From: Nemertoderma westbladi
Lineage: Eukaryota; Animalia; Xenacoelomorpha
Assembly: GCA_032718475.1 (NCBI GenBank)
Contig: JAUCBJ010001310.1
Location: 1-56,172, forward strand
Length of the DNA: 56,172 bases
Reading direction: 5' to 3'
The position numbers and the translations under genes are program-made. This document shows, in pieces, positions 10,968-24,752 of the stretch. The notes under the pieces are model-generated. The model saw only the letters and a list, made by a program, of their open reading frames with translations, did not search any database and had not been told where the DNA came from. Each line of letters opens with the position of its first letter. The stretch's first letter is position 1.

Positions 10968-13309
10968 ACGGCAGTGACGCTGCGGGAATCGAGGGATTGT
11001 TTAACATCAGCTACGAGTTGTTTGTTACTTTCGTGTTCTACCTGTTGTTGTTTGTTTACACGGTGTTGCTATGGTTATTTGACCGCTGATATTACGGTTA
11101 TATTCTAGTTTCTTTGGCTCCTCGTCTTAACTTGCGATGTCTACTGGGTATTTGCGTTGCAGTTTATTCGTCCTATGTCGGCAATGTGTAGTACCGGTTT
11201 TTACTCCGTTATCTTTCGAGACTGTTTTATTGTGTAGGAGTGAGAGACAGGCAGGCGTATTATTATTTGGGATGAAACTACCGTTACTCTAAGGTTTCCA
11301 AAGTGAAAGTATTTGAATTATATTTTTTATAAATTATACAATAATTTGCCACGACATTAGCGAAATAGGAGCTCTTAATGTACCGTAAAACTAATTTGAA
11401 ACTCTAGTTATTGTTTATCGGTTTCGTTGTAACAACCAGCGCAGTATTTATTATAAATTATCAGCTCTATACAATAGCAATATTCGTATAATAATTAGAG
11501 TTCGCCTTGGAACTCATATTGGTACATTTCGATTTGAATATAGTTTTTCATATTATTATTCATATTGCGTTACTTATAATTATATACGACGTTTGTTTGT
11601 TTATATTGTTTTGTTTCGAATTATATATATATAGGAATCAAGTAGTCTTAGTATTTTTAGCATTTAAGTATATTTTGTAGGAATTTGGTTTTGGCTCGCG
11701 TGTGCAGTATTTCTACAACATACAGCGTAGGAAATATTAAGTTTGCTTTTTTTAAGTTTACACTATATTTTTCAATGTGCTACTTAATCCATTGTTGCAG
11801 GAACTATATTAAATATACCTTAAGATAAGACCGACTGTATTTTAGATAGGGTTAAGTGTTTGGTGTGCTATTTTTGACTTCTTTGGTGCCAATTCGGTTG
11901 TCTTTTAAAAATTCAAATATCTCCAAACAAATGTATTTTGCATGATTTTGCGTTCACTAGCAAAAGCAAACGAATTTAAACTAACATTTAGTCATTGAAA
12001 CGTAATTAATATTTAATAATGTTTATGTATTTTTCGCGTAGGTTTGTTATCAATCTGTCTGTTGATTCTATCCCTCTCCTATTCCCAATGGAACACCGAA
12101 GCACTCTAACTATCCCTAGTTTCTCGTCCCCATTTTACCAACATTATTATTTTTCAGGTGGTTAACTTATCAGTTACATTTCCTTCCTGTCCAACTGGCT
12201 ATTGTATTTTATTACGGCAACGTTTTTCCTTATCATATCCTGGATTTTCGTTTAATTTGCATATATTTTTAACTCGGAGTAGATTGTGAATTTCCGCTCT
12301 GGTGTAGATCCCTTTTGCCGAGTGTAATTTCGTTCGCAACCCACTCGGTTTGGTAGGGAGTAAACATGTAACAGAGTGTTTGATCTAACTACACTATCTA
12401 ATCCTTTCTTAGAATTCATTTACTCTTGTACCTTATTATTGTCCTGTGTGATGTTTTATTTTGTGCAATGTGTGAATGTGAGCTAACTGTCGTATTATCA
12501 CTGGTATTTTGTTATTAGCAATGTATTTATGCAGTATTTTTAAACGAAATAAAACTTTTCCCAGCAATATTTTTACAGTATTATTTAGGTTCCTTTAATT
12601 TCTTCAGATTATTTATTTATCATTAAGTAACAGCTGACTAACAATTTACTTTAATAACAAACCTGCAACTCACAATCTTCCTGGATAGTTCCATTTATTT
12701 TTTATGATATATTTTTTTTTTTATTGCATAAATTATCACTTAACACTTCACACTTAATGCAAATATTTATTATAAAAGATACAATACCCTATGATAAACC
12801 CTAATCTGTTGGTTAATTTCTTTTTTTAGATATAAGATTCCTTAAATATTTACCACCTTAATGTTGTTAGATGGTATTATAAGTTTTGTAAAAAAAATTA
12901 TATCATTACTTAGGTATAGCGCTTAACATAAATTATATTTGTATTTTAAATCCTTTATGGAGTTAACCTTTTGTCCTTTCTTTTTCTTACAGTTAAATTA
13001 TGAGATTAATATGTAAATATTCAAAAGTTATTTTATATTTACTTTTCATATTGGTTCTGTTTCTAACCCGAACAGGTACCGTCCAATATGTTAAGTATAT
13101 TACTTTTGGTTGATGTAAAAGGAATATTCTAATATTTATTTATACGTTTTTTATTAAATTTAATTTCGATGGCTTTTACTTCTGTATATATTTCAGATTG
13201 GCTGTCATTTATTATAAACCACGATATATTGACAAAAGCATTGATTTTAGAGCCAAATCTAATATTATTATTTCTTTGCACATATTACACTTTCTAAACT
13301 TACACTTAA

Positions 13310-13637
13310 GGATGCGTTCATAAAGTATTTTCTCGATTTCTTAAACCCCCCCCCCCCCTCTGTCACATTAGTAAATTAGTAATACCCACAAATTATACTG
13401 TTCATCTATATTAATAACAGGTATTACAGTGTCTGAGTCAATGGCTTCTATGTCCTCCTCAATTTATCGTTTATACTCAATGTTATTAAGTTTATTGTTT
13501 ACCTTAAAGTTACCCACTCTTCTACACATGTGTTAAGTGAAAGTCAAGCTAACATTAAAGCTTATAACATTGCCGTGACCGTCACAAAAGTCGATACCCC
13601 CCCCCCCATGTGCGTAACATACGTAATGAACGCCTAC
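13310..13637. mobile_element. PIF/Harbinger-like MITE (degenerate), similar type to 48982-49470
   Basis: TAA|GGATGCGTTCATAAAGTA versus TACGTAATGAACGCCTAC inverted ends; C-runs and GTCACA motifs inside both ends. Confidence 0.55.
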
Positions 13638-14201
13638 AACCAATTATTACTAATATCAATAAAATTCCGACCCCATGGTAATGCAAATATATTAATTATT
13701 AAGATAAGATATTTTAATATTAATACAACGTTAGTTAAAAATAGTATAACATATTTTATTGTTTTATCGTTTCTATGTCCTGATGCGTCTCATTATTAAT
13801 TTACAGTGTACCGAATTATTGATAAAATTATCCATATTTAATGCGCCAAGTGTGATGCAATGCATGCATCAAAATTTTATATTTGGATACGAAATGTTTT
13901 TTTAATATTATTGATTATTTATTTTTTCGCCTTTCGTATTCGCCCAAATAAGGCAGTATAACTCGGAGTTCAGAGAACGGGTACACAATGGCAGGACGCA
14001 CTCTCTCCACACACTCATACAGTGTGTGGATCACTCACTATAACAACATCACTTAGCTGTTACAAATTGTATACCATTTATAAACATTAATTCCTCAGCT
14101 AAACGTTGTAGAAAGAAAAGGAAGATAGATAATACTCAATCTATCCTCTCCATAATATCCTATATACATCATGTACATTGCATATGCATGTACGTACAGT
14201 A

Positions 14202-14766
14202 CCGGGTGTTCCATAATAATTCCCCCCCCCCCTGGCAGGCCAAAACTCCCAGAGATGCACCGTAGTGTAATATATCATTCGTAAGATAATTTAATTCTGA
14301 GCTTACATGCAAAAGTTTAGGGTCCAATACAAAAGTATACAAATTTTATAGGCAATTTTTTAAACCAATCTTACTTTTCAATGTGATTTAATCACAATTT
14401 TAAAAAAAATATAATTTATCCAGCGTTAGTCATAAGATTTGCAGCCTTGTTAAAACAGTTATTACTGCCTGACTTTTGCTGTATTGCAATATATTACAGT
14501 ATTCAGTTACCGGTATTAGTGTTTCTTTGTAATTTTACTGAATTAGGCCTAACAGAAGTAATTAAAATGACAAGTTCCAGTGCAATCTTCAATGACTCTG
14601 AAGAAAAACGTATGATTGACAGGGAGGGTCGTGATTCTGTGGCATAATCAAACTGAACTCAAACCAAAACGGCCCTTTTAAGGGCCAACATTGCAAGCTC
14701 ATAATTAAATTATCTTTCGAATGGTATATTACTCTAAAGTACATGTCTGGCAGTTTTGGCTGGCCA

Positions 14767-14797
<31 letters not shown>

Positions 14798-14819
14798 TGC
14801 GAACATTATGAACACCTGG
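14202..14819. mobile_element. TA-flanked MITE with ~110-bp imperfect TIRs
   Basis: TA|CCGGGTGTTCCATAAT...CCTGGCAGGCCAAAACT...AGATAATTTAATT.TGAGCTT is mirrored by AAGCTCATAATTAAATTATCT...AGTTTTGGCTGGCCAGG(G)n...ATTATGAACACCTGG|TA. Confidence 0.85.
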
Positions 14820-15082
14820 TACATGTGTACGTACAATGTACCTTTACATTCATTCCTACCGTTCACTATAGCAATTGTGTCATTTTATTACAGATTTTTA
14901 TACAAATGAGATTATGAAAATTTCAATCCTTAGTTTACCAATATTTCAGGCGTTGCTTAATCTCCCTCTCGCGGGAGGCTGGAGAACTGCTGAATCCCCC
15001 AAGCAAATTATATTTCAGCATTTTAATTGACTACATGTGTACCAAGTTTGGTTTAATTTTATCAAACATTGGCCGACAGACG

Positions 15083-15190
15083 GACCGACCGACCGACCGA
15101 CCGACCGACCGACCGACCGACCGACCGACCGACCGACCGACCGACCGACCGACCGACCGACCGACCGACCGACCGACCGACAGACAGACA
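15083..15190 (+). repeat. (GACC)n/(GACA)n microsatellite, probably inside a Helitron/Helentron-type non-autonomous element (~14950-15330)
   Basis: About 24 perfect GACC units grading into GACA, preceded by CATGTGTACCAAGTTTGG; the host-element identity is inference. Confidence 0.85.
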
Positions 15191-18102
15191 ACGGTTGAAA
15201 CAGCGGTAACCGTATGCTAAGTTCACTTACTGCGTCGCTTGCCCCACAACTGTCATAAACATTGAACAATTTTTTAAGGCCAGAAGTTGCTCTCATACCA
15301 ACTGCTTGGGCGCCCTTGGCAAGATAAATAATAATAAATAATTAAAAAATAATAAAACAAAAAACTAACCATATTTGGTGCATGAACATAGGCGGCAGCT
15401 ACTACTAGGATTGTGATTATTACGAATACAACAACTAATAATGTTATTATTTGTTAAGAACACTGATAAATAATAAATTTATAACAATAAAACGAAAGAG
15501 AGCAAAACCATACACAATATAAAATCCCGACTTATAGCAGTCCCTTCCAGATCATCTTGTGAGAACTTAATAAAAACATTTATTTTTTAACAACCATTAA
15601 ACTTTTTCAAATATACCTAACGTAAGAAACTCAATATAAACTTATAACCAAACTCATTCTCAAACCCAAACCCCAAACTGTTCATACGGTAACTGACAAT
15701 GTGTGCACCGCCTCGTCTACACCCTCCTTGGTGTGCCAACTGAAAGTTCAACGGTTTTTTTCGAAAATGTCACGTCAAAGCCAAAGGTTACAAAATACAG
15801 AGTGGTGGTGTCATGGGTTACACCATTCAAACACATTACGAAATAAGACACGCCAAATGTTACTAAACAAAAAACATCAAGTGTGAAATTTATACATCCT
15901 TTCCTGTGCCACTATTTGTTTCACTAATTGACTATTTACATAATTTAATTAAGTATAATTTAATTGTACTTTTTAACCATTAGCTCGCCATTTGCACAAC
16001 ACTTGTCTGGCATAAGTTAGGGTAATGTACTGTATTTGAAAGATGTAACCCTTGACTCGATTATTGTAACCTTCGACACTCTATTTTGTGACTCTGTGCC
16101 CACTTCGGAACTTGTGGTGATGTTGAACATTTTATCTTGTTAGCTTATTTTTGTGCTTATCCCCATACACAGGAATAAAATTGGTATTTACTGCAATTAT
16201 TTAACCTGATAATTAATAGTTTAAGATGGCCCCCCAGGTGATAGTTACTAAACAGCTGTTTGTATTTTGTAATATTTATTGTTTTCTAATTTATGATATT
16301 TGCAGTAAAATGTAGTTAGTTTTGCACTATTTTTTTCTATGTAGTGTTCACGCAAGGGTTTTATATTATTTATGTCGACCGACATTCTTCAGTTTCTTTG
16401 TATATATTTATCATTCTCTTGGGAATTTGTTCCGGTCAATTTATTCATTGCGCTACATATTTAATATGATAAAGTTTAACTAACCGTATCATCAAATGGA
16501 GTATCATTTTCTTTTCATGTCAAACATTTTTTTAAGATTTCATGATATCAGCGTGCATTTTAATATTTTAATATATTTATTTTATTCAACATCAATAAAT
16601 ACCGCTTTTTCTGTACCCTAACGCCAACAGTGTGATATAAAAAAATTTTATTTTCTAGTCCAAGCTATAACCGATCGATTTATTTGAATTTTTGAAATCG
16701 CACTGCTATCGCCAATGTTGATACTGTGTTTACTGCCGACTGCAGGAGTGCTATAATCAATTTTAGAGTTTATATAATATCATATCGTATTTCAACATAT
16801 TTACTGCGTAGTGCTTACATAGCTAACATTGTGTTTGTGTTCGGTCTATATTGCATGCTTAATTTGTAGTTTGTAACGCAATTTTGTAACATGATTTTGT
16901 CGTGCACAACATTTGGTTGAGTTTCGTGTGTATAAAAATAAAAAATGTTTGCTCATTGAGATATTTATTTCTGGAAATTATTCAACCATGTTCTTTGATT
17001 TGTAACTTTCTTTCATCTTGTTCCATATATTGCATTAACTCTTCACTGACAATCCGTGAGATTCCAGTACAAGGCCTTCATTCACCTCTGGGCCATTCCT
17101 TCTGCCCATCCGATCGCCAGGATAGCTGATTGAATTAACAGGCGGAATATGCAGTTTCAGGATGGGGCTTCGCGTAAATCCTATGCAGTTTGCACGTTGC
17201 TGCATGCGCACCGCCCAAGGCCACAGTTGGGATCGGTTTTGGGTAATACACTTACACGACGAATAGTCTTGCCAAGCTCCCTGAGATAGCGAATATTTTA
17301 GGTAATGAACTGAGATCGAACGGGCACACATATCTCTCCTTCGCCAATGCGGTCTCATTGTTTGCGATCCGACATTAATTTAGCCGATTGATAAATCTCG
17401 GAGATATGACTGACCACGATACAATATCGATAATTCATTTCGCCTACTGATGTACAAAAACCTTATAAGGAACGGAGCACAATAATTTTACTTTGATTTT
17501 TTTATCAGATTTCCTTGCGAGATTTCGTACTATGTCAGTCGACTAATCCGCTTACCATATCTGCCGCAAGCCAAAGACACGACAGAATTCAATTATTAAA
17601 TAATAACTTCCTCATTTCAAAATGATTATTTATTTTGTTATCCATTAGGCTACATGTAGATACTGTGTATAATATTCCATTAAATTCGCCTTGTCTTCCA
17701 TCGTACTCCTTATGGCACACGGCGTCCCATTCATTAAATATTTAATGCCGCAGCTATGCTAGGATTATATTTCTTTTATTGGTTTGTTGGGCTTGGCATG
17801 GCAATGCTAATAAAATAAAGGCGAACTACTCTATATTAAATCCTTGCGGGTAATTTAAATTTCTTCGATTTAAATGTCAGGCCTGTCATTGTTCGTGACA
17901 TATGGAAATCGGCTGCTAAATTATGTGCTGCATATCTTGGAAAAGCACATCTTGCTTCACAATGAATCGACACTTACTTTAAGATGCTTTCAAACTCCGA
18001 ATAGTATGTACATTTGTACAACGGACATTGACCATTTGGCATTAAATTACAATATTCAATTTCCGGCCGAAATCCACATGTTAATGCGTTAATTTATGGA
18101 TA

Positions 18103-21100
18103 CTACTGTACTACTACTAGGTCGAGCGAACTCGGACAGTGGAAATGAGATCCTTCCAGGCTTCCCGATTCTCCATAGTTGTCGCAATTTCGTTTCTCCC
18201 AAGTTCAGTATCCCTTTCAAGTTGATCTATATATGTTATGGCAGGTCGTCCACGACTACGCTTTCCATGAGTTGGTTGCCAGAGAAGTAGATCTGGTATT
18301 TACTTCGCCAGCAGTGCCCACTGAATCTTAATCTGCGTTCACGGAGGGTGGTTGATACAGGTGGTATTGTACCATAAAGCTCGGCGTTTATCATGTGTTG
18401 TCTCCAGCTGATGTTTAGGGCTGCCCTTAGTAGTCTTGTGTAGCAACCATAAATTCGTTGTTTAAGTGATTTAGTCAGTGTCCAGGTCTCACCCCCGTAT
18501 AAAAATACACTTTCCACTGTGGCTCGAAAGAACTTAGTCTTCAGGTGCCTGGAAAGATCTGATTTCCAGATGGTATCCATTTTGGATAGAGCTACCCAAG
18601 CCTTTGCTTTCCTAACTTCTATGTCCTTTTTGCTACTCTCTATCCATGATCCAAGGTACTGGAAGTCATCGACCTTCCTTAGTTGATTATTATCAATGGT
18701 TGTCAAGTTTCCATCTGCATTAAAGGTCATGAATTCGGTCTTGGTAGCATTTATATGCAATCCAACCTCCTTAGCATCCCTCTCCACTTTATTTAGTAGA
18801 AGCTGTGCATCTGCTAGCGTATTAGAGAGCAGGGCGATGTCATCCGCAAAGTCGGTGTCTGTGACTGTAGTTGCCGGATATCTACTACTTCTGCGTTCTT
18901 GAAGTGTGAATCCCAGATCTTCACCCTTTGTGGCCGTCCTCCTTGCGTAATCCAGCACAATTACAAATAGTAATGGTGCTAATGTGTCACCTTGCAGTAC
19001 GCCAGCCAGGATTGAGAAAAACTCAGTTCACCATCTGGTGAGAGTACCTGCGCTTCTGTGTCACAATATAACAATCCAATGCCGGCAACAATTACTTCTG
19101 GTATTCCATAAGCTCTTAGGATTTCAAGCATTTTACCTCTATGGATGGAGTCGAATGCCTTCTTGAAGTCCACAAAAGTCATGACTGCGGGGAGATTCTT
19201 TGACTTAATTCCTTCAATCAGTCTCCGTAGTGCAAGTATCTGAGCTATTGTTGATCTACTTGGTCGAAATCCGTTTTGGCTCTTACGCAGTAGTTTCTCT
19301 ATGTGAGGCCTAATCCTATATAGAATCATTTTATTGTATATTTTGGCAACTACCACAAGCAGACAGATCCCACGATAGTTTGTTGGTATGACGAGGTCTC
19401 CTTTCTTGGGGAGAGGCTTTAGTTGACCTTTAGTCCAAATTGGTGGTGGCTTTTCCCCTTTTAACATCCGGTTGCAAACATTCAATAATGGTCTATTTAG
19501 CACTCCGGTTTTCCATACCTCCGCTGGGATTTCATCTAATCCACTCGCTTTATTATTGGACATGCTTTTAATGCTTCTTTGGAGTTCGGCAGGTGTGAAG
19601 TCCCCTGTTTCTATAGGTAGTGTCTTGTCATATATTTTCCTTGTAGGGCTGACCTCGATGTTTGGTGACTGCCCAAGCAAGTTGCTGAAGTGATTTTTCC
19701 ACTTCCCAGCACGTTCTTCAGGACTATCGGCTTTGAGGCGCCCCTTTGCACAACTTTTCCGACCAGATACCACCTCATTTACAGTTTGCCAGGTAAGTCT
19801 TGATTGTTGTTGTATGTGAGCAGTTGTAATTGCTTCAGTTTTATCCTGTATGTACTTTTCCTGGCTGATGTTGTAGGCCAATTTAAGATCGTCCTTAGCT
19901 TTCTCAACCTTGTTAATGTTTTCGGTTGTTGGTTGTTCGGTTTTAACTTTGTAGGCTATCTTAAGATCTTCTCTCTTACAAGTAACCTCAGAGTTTTGCC
20001 ATGGCACATACTGTTTTCGTTTTGGTTTCTGGAGGATATGCCTCTTAGCTGATTCCTTGTGGGCTGTTATTATATTCTGGTATATTGGATCGGTGGATTG
20101 GTCTTCATCCATTGACTGAAGTGCTTCAAAGCGGTTTTGAACTTCTACTGTATAAGAATCCTTTACAGCATTGTCAGTTCTGAGTTTCTCCCAGTCATAG
20201 TTGATTTGCTTGCTTGTCCTGGGTTTGCTGGCTCTCAAACTGAGTCTGATCTCTGCAGTCACAATTAACCAATTAGGTTGAACGAGCTGTATGCCTCGCA
20301 GTTGATCATGCTATTTCTCCACTTTTTGTTTATAAGGATGTAATCCAGTTGTGCTTTGGTTCCATTAGGGTATTGAAAGGTCCATAGCTTCCCCTTACTC
20401 TTTTCGAATGTGTTGTTTGTTGGTATCAATTCACATTCTTCCATTAGGTCTAAAAGTAAGTACCCATTTCTGTTAGAACTGGTGTTATATGTGAAACCCT
20501 TGATGTCTTCTGGGCCAATTTGCGCATTCAGGTCACCAGCAATGACTTTAACATTGTGTTTCGGGATGTCCTTAATAAGTCCAGTCAGTTCTTCATAAAA
20601 CTTGACTGCTTGTTCTGGCTCTGATGCATTGGTTGGACTGTAGCAACATATAACTGTCGTCTTGGGATTCCCATCAAATGTTGCGATCATAACCCTGGAA
20701 TTTATAGATTCGATGTTGTTTAGGGTCTTAAGTGCAAATGGGCTTAGCAGAATTCCTACTCCACCAATTGATGCATTGGCCGAGTTTCTTACTGCTGAGC
20801 TTGTTACTAATGTCCATCCATTTCCAATGTCATTGTACTTCATGGCAGTGTCTTCATGACAAATCCGATGTTCTTGGATGCAGATGATGTCGATGTTATA
20901 TTCCATTGCCAGAGCGACCATGTCACCCTGTTTGCTCTGTGCTTTCAGCGTGCGTGCGTTCATTGTAGCAATTTTTAGTGTCTTTTTACATTTCAACAGG
21001 TTGGTTCTTCTTTCTTCTCTGTCTTCTGTTCCAGTAGCCAATTTATCGACCCCAGCCTGGTGTACCACTGAGGGACGCGGTCCTTGTTGACCCGGGCGAC

Positions 21101-21636
21101 GACCGAGCCGGTATTTCTCCTGGAGGGTTCTCATACTCATATCTTTCAGTTGCGGGAGTAAACCGCTTGTGGTCGCAACTCCTACAAGCGTCTTCGCAGT
21201 AGGTCGCCGTTGGTTGATTACCTTCCGCCGACCTTGTCAGCATGTCTAGCCGTTGGTTGATTACCTTCCGCCTATCCATGGCCTACATCCCTGCTGCCGA
21301 CTGTAGGGGTCCATTTGTTACACCCTGAACCAAGTGTGCCTCCTGGGTTAGGTTACCTAACACTGGTAGAGGAGCATCCAGTATAGACAGGGCGGGGCTT
21401 GTATCATCTCTAATGCAGATGTGTATCAAGCCTTTGCCTTGAATGGTGCCCTAGGTGCTATAGCCCTCAATGACATATTTAGTTGACGGGGCTGAACCAA
21501 CCCACTCTTGATCAACTAAATAATGAATAGGCTATGCTTATCGGGGCTGCCCTACTGGGCTGACAGCTACAGGTAGTACCACATTACTGCCATAGTGGTA
21601 GCAGGATCTGGGGACCTGACCTGACCAAAAAAAAAA
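18103..21636 (-). mobile_element. Full-length RTE-clade non-LTR retrotransposon, inactivated
   Basis: 12-bp TSD AATTTATGGATA at 18091-18102 and 21637-21648; 3' (TAG)n tail; APE and RT coding fragments; ~490-bp 5' leader starting GGTCAGGTCAGGTCCC. Confidence 0.93.
18236..21140 (-). pseudogene. RTE APE-endonuclease/reverse transcriptase ORF broken into three pieces
   Basis: IATMNARTL, ICIQEHR, GGVG, AGDLNA, QLDYIL (APE); NYRGI, QNGFR, FVDFKKAFDSI, DFADD, YLGS (RT). A small deletion near 20263 removes the SDH motif and there is a 1-bp frameshift near 19028. Confidence 0.92.
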
Positions 21637-22780
21637 AATTTATGGATAATAAATATAAATGTATATACCACATGTGGCGACGCGTCTCTGCTCTGAGTGA
21701 ACAGTCATAAAAGCGGTTTTAAAGGAACCAAAACAATAAGCGAGAGTTAGGAAGGAATATTACAATGTAATATAATTATAGTTTCTGGCGAGCTCGTATG
21801 ATTGTACTGTAGCTATTTACTGGTGCTATACACTTTTTGAAGCCCCAGGCTTGCATTTATTGTTGAGGACAAAAATAAAACTTGTTATATAAAGTTGCGT
21901 CGACGCCTTAATTTTTGTGAAAGTAATTCAATTTTCAATTGAAGTCAATTGAATGTGAAGTTGACAGTTTGTAAGCGAATCAACAAGAGAGAGGCTGTAA
22001 CGGCAGTAATTGTGAAGCTAACGCTAGTATTAAGCTGCTAGTATTTACTAAAACCTGGGAGGGCTTTACCGTGTACTGTGTTCTGTACAGAAGTCGTCTT
22101 TCACTCAGGGGGGAATTGTTCTTCTGATAATCCAAGACCTGATGTTTTACCTCGGGATTTGCTGCCTGAAGAATGGGGATTATTGATGTCATAAAATTGC
22201 GATTTCTTCGACGGTACGAGTTACAGACATATTAATTAAATGTGTTTAAAGATTCAACCGGAATATTGGACGTTTTAAATGATGCTGTTATAAACTATAA
22301 AACAGTCAGTTCGAGTTATGTCATTTGCAACTGCAAGGTACTGACTATAGCCCTATAATTGACGTCTCACAGTCACAGTTAGTTTCATTTCGGCGCTCTT
22401 GCATGTCAAAATTAATAATCTGATTTGTCAATCTATCGCATCACAGAGGCACTTAATGTGAATGGAAGTATATAAATGGCCTCGAAGCTATTGTAGTGCT
22501 TATTAATAATTGTCTGTAAGAGAGAGTCGGCCAGCTGAATGCACTAAGCCTTATGGAGCTGGGTAGGATCTACTGTTGTTGTTTTTGGTTAACTGTCCTT
22601 TCATCTTACATATTACTTGATTTCTTGGTTTCCCCAATTAGTGTAATTATAAAAGTATAGGGGCCTACATTTACTAAAAAATAATCCCAGTTACTATAAT
22701 ATGCCTAGTATGATGTACCGCGTACCAAAACCTCATTGAATAAAGCACAATACATTAGCAAGCTCTAATGAACTATCTGC

Positions 22781-22793
22781 AGGTCAATGACCT
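22781..22793. promoter_or_regulatory. Perfect IR1 nuclear-receptor element AGGTCA-A-TGACCT (EcR/USP or FXR/RXR type)
   Basis: Exact consensus palindrome in unique-looking, non-TE sequence; function not shown. Confidence 0.4.
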
Positions 22794-23554
22794 TGTTACC
22801 GACGCACTTTCAAAATAATTGGAATTCATTTTCTCTGTTATCCATTGGGATGAGGAGGCACCGAAGGCCTCCGAGGTAACTCAATTCGTCCACTCATTGA
22901 GTCGCCAACTACCCATAATTAAACAACCGCTCTGGGTGGGAGTGCGTTGTACCTACATTCACTTTACAGCCAATATCAACCTGGAAGCCTACATGAGAAG
23001 TTTAGGGTAGGGATTACTAGTGGGTGCAGGTGTCAGAATTAAACAACTAATCATATCAATACTGTATACAGGATGGGTTACCGGTGTCATGTTGCTGAAC
23101 CCCCAATCCCCGGGCTGGTACCATATTTTAGAACACCCCTTATGAAACGTACGGTAGGCATGTTAGATAAGGAGTCGGTTGTATAGGCAGGTTAGCTAAG
23201 GAGTAGGTTGTATAGGCAGGTTAGGGTCACAGAAACAATGAACGAAAGTTAACACGTGTTACAAGATTATGTAAGTTACTGTAGTAACGACATTTCTAAA
23301 AAGGAGAAAGCAAAAACGAACAATAAACTTTTTGCTTTTCATATTTGCAGAAAACTGAAAAGCAAAAACTCATGATTCATTGTAAAAAGAAGAAAGTTGC
23401 CTAAAATCACCACCTTAGAAATGGGATGACTTATTTAATAATTTAGACCTCAAGCGGGAGTCTGTTGAACTGATTGTCTGTCAAGGCCTGTTATACTGTA
23501 TATCTCAACTTTTGGTCCTATTGATGCCAAAAAATTTGAAATCGACAACTTTAA

Positions 23555-24464
23555 GGCCGGAGTACCCCACCCCCCCCCCCCCCCCCCCGGTCAAAATTTC
23601 AAATGTATGTTTCTTCTATAGCAGTTATTTACCCTATAGCAGAATTTAATTCAAATCTGAAAACCGCTTAGTGAAACCTCTTTTAGTTCTCGAGTTATCG
23701 CTTTTTTTCTGTATGATGGTCAGTCAGTCAAATTGTAACGCAGACAGACAACCGACATACAGACTAGATTCCACCAAACCTTAAAACTGACATCAGAAAT
23801 GAAATCAGCGACCCCGAAAAATCCCATTATGAAAGTTTTAGCTCAGTGATGAGCTCGTTTCGTGCCAGAAATGATTAACCAACCAGACCACAGACAGCCA
23901 CTTTTGGTGGGAAGGTTTAAACTTTGAAGGCAATTATCTCGTCGAATGACATTTTTCTTTTTTTTTCAAAATACTACTCCTCCGCCATTTTTTAACCAAT
24001 ATTCTTTATTTTTGGCTCATTCGAAAGGGTTTCGGCAGTTCTTTAAAAGTTATCGGATGAAATTTTTATATTTCTGATTTCTACCGCCAATTTTTCAGAT
24101 TAAAGCCAAAAATTTGTTAAAATTTTGCCAAATATTAATAAATATTAATTAATTTTCATAAAAATGCTAAACAAACAATTTTAACTGATAACTTTTGTGG
24201 AGCTCACCTCCCTAATTCGAAAAAAATTGGGTTTCAGACAATTTCACCTAAAATTGAATGACTAGTAGCATTTTAACCGTAAATCTTGTTTCATTCAATG
24301 GCCGCTAGAGGGCGACTGAAAATTTCAACATTTTTCGAAAAAACAATTGTTTAGCCATATTTTAATAGCTACAAATACTGTATAAAATCAAAATATTTTT
24401 TTTCAGTAGAAATTATAGAATGAAAAAAAAGTGTTCAGGGGGGGGGGGGGGGGGTACTCCGGCC
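23555..24464. mobile_element. Kolobok-like non-autonomous DNA transposon
   Basis: TTAA|GGCCGGAGTACCCC ... GGGGTACTCCGGCC|TTAA: perfect TIR, TTAA TSD, RR..YY termini. Confidence 0.9.
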
Positions 24465-24603
24465 TTAAATTCGACAGAGTTATTGGCATGTGAAAATCTT
24501 AACGAAGTACGGAGATGTAAAGCAGGAAATAATATAGAAGAAATAAAAGATTCTCCCATTTAAATATAAATGAAAAGTCATCGAAAAAAATATCGATACA
24601 TAC

Positions 24604-24675
24604 TGCGTCGCCCGGGATTCGAACCCGGGTCTATTGCTTGGGAAGCAACAATGCTAACCACTACACCAGCGACGC
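24604..24675 (-). tRNA. tRNA-Gly (anticodon CCC)
   Basis: Minus strand GCGTCGCTGGTGTAGTGGTTAGCATTGTTGCTTCCCAAGCAATAGACCCGGGTTCGAATCCCGGGCGACGCA folds as a cloverleaf with a perfect 7-bp acceptor stem, intact A and B boxes and a TTCCCAA anticodon loop; a T7 Pol III terminator lies ~13 nt downstream. Confidence 0.95.
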
Positions 24676-24752
24676 CTGAAGTAAAGTAATCTTATAATTA
24701 TAAGTTAGGTATATTATCGACTGAAAAAAACGACATTATTTGTAATTTGGGG

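Noticed and set aside
10968-12600. Retrocopy hallmarks after KCC (also checked after BCKDK)
   Set aside because: AATAAA is present (~12548; ~48942 for BCKDK) but no genomic poly(A) tract or flanking TSD was seen, so recent retroposition is unsupported
15015-15296. (TDRP)n and (SVGR)n ORFs
   Set aside because: Translation of the (GACC)n microsatellite
17035-17358. 107-aa minus-strand ORF in a GC-richer block
   Set aside because: No recognisable domain or coding-like composition in the frames I read
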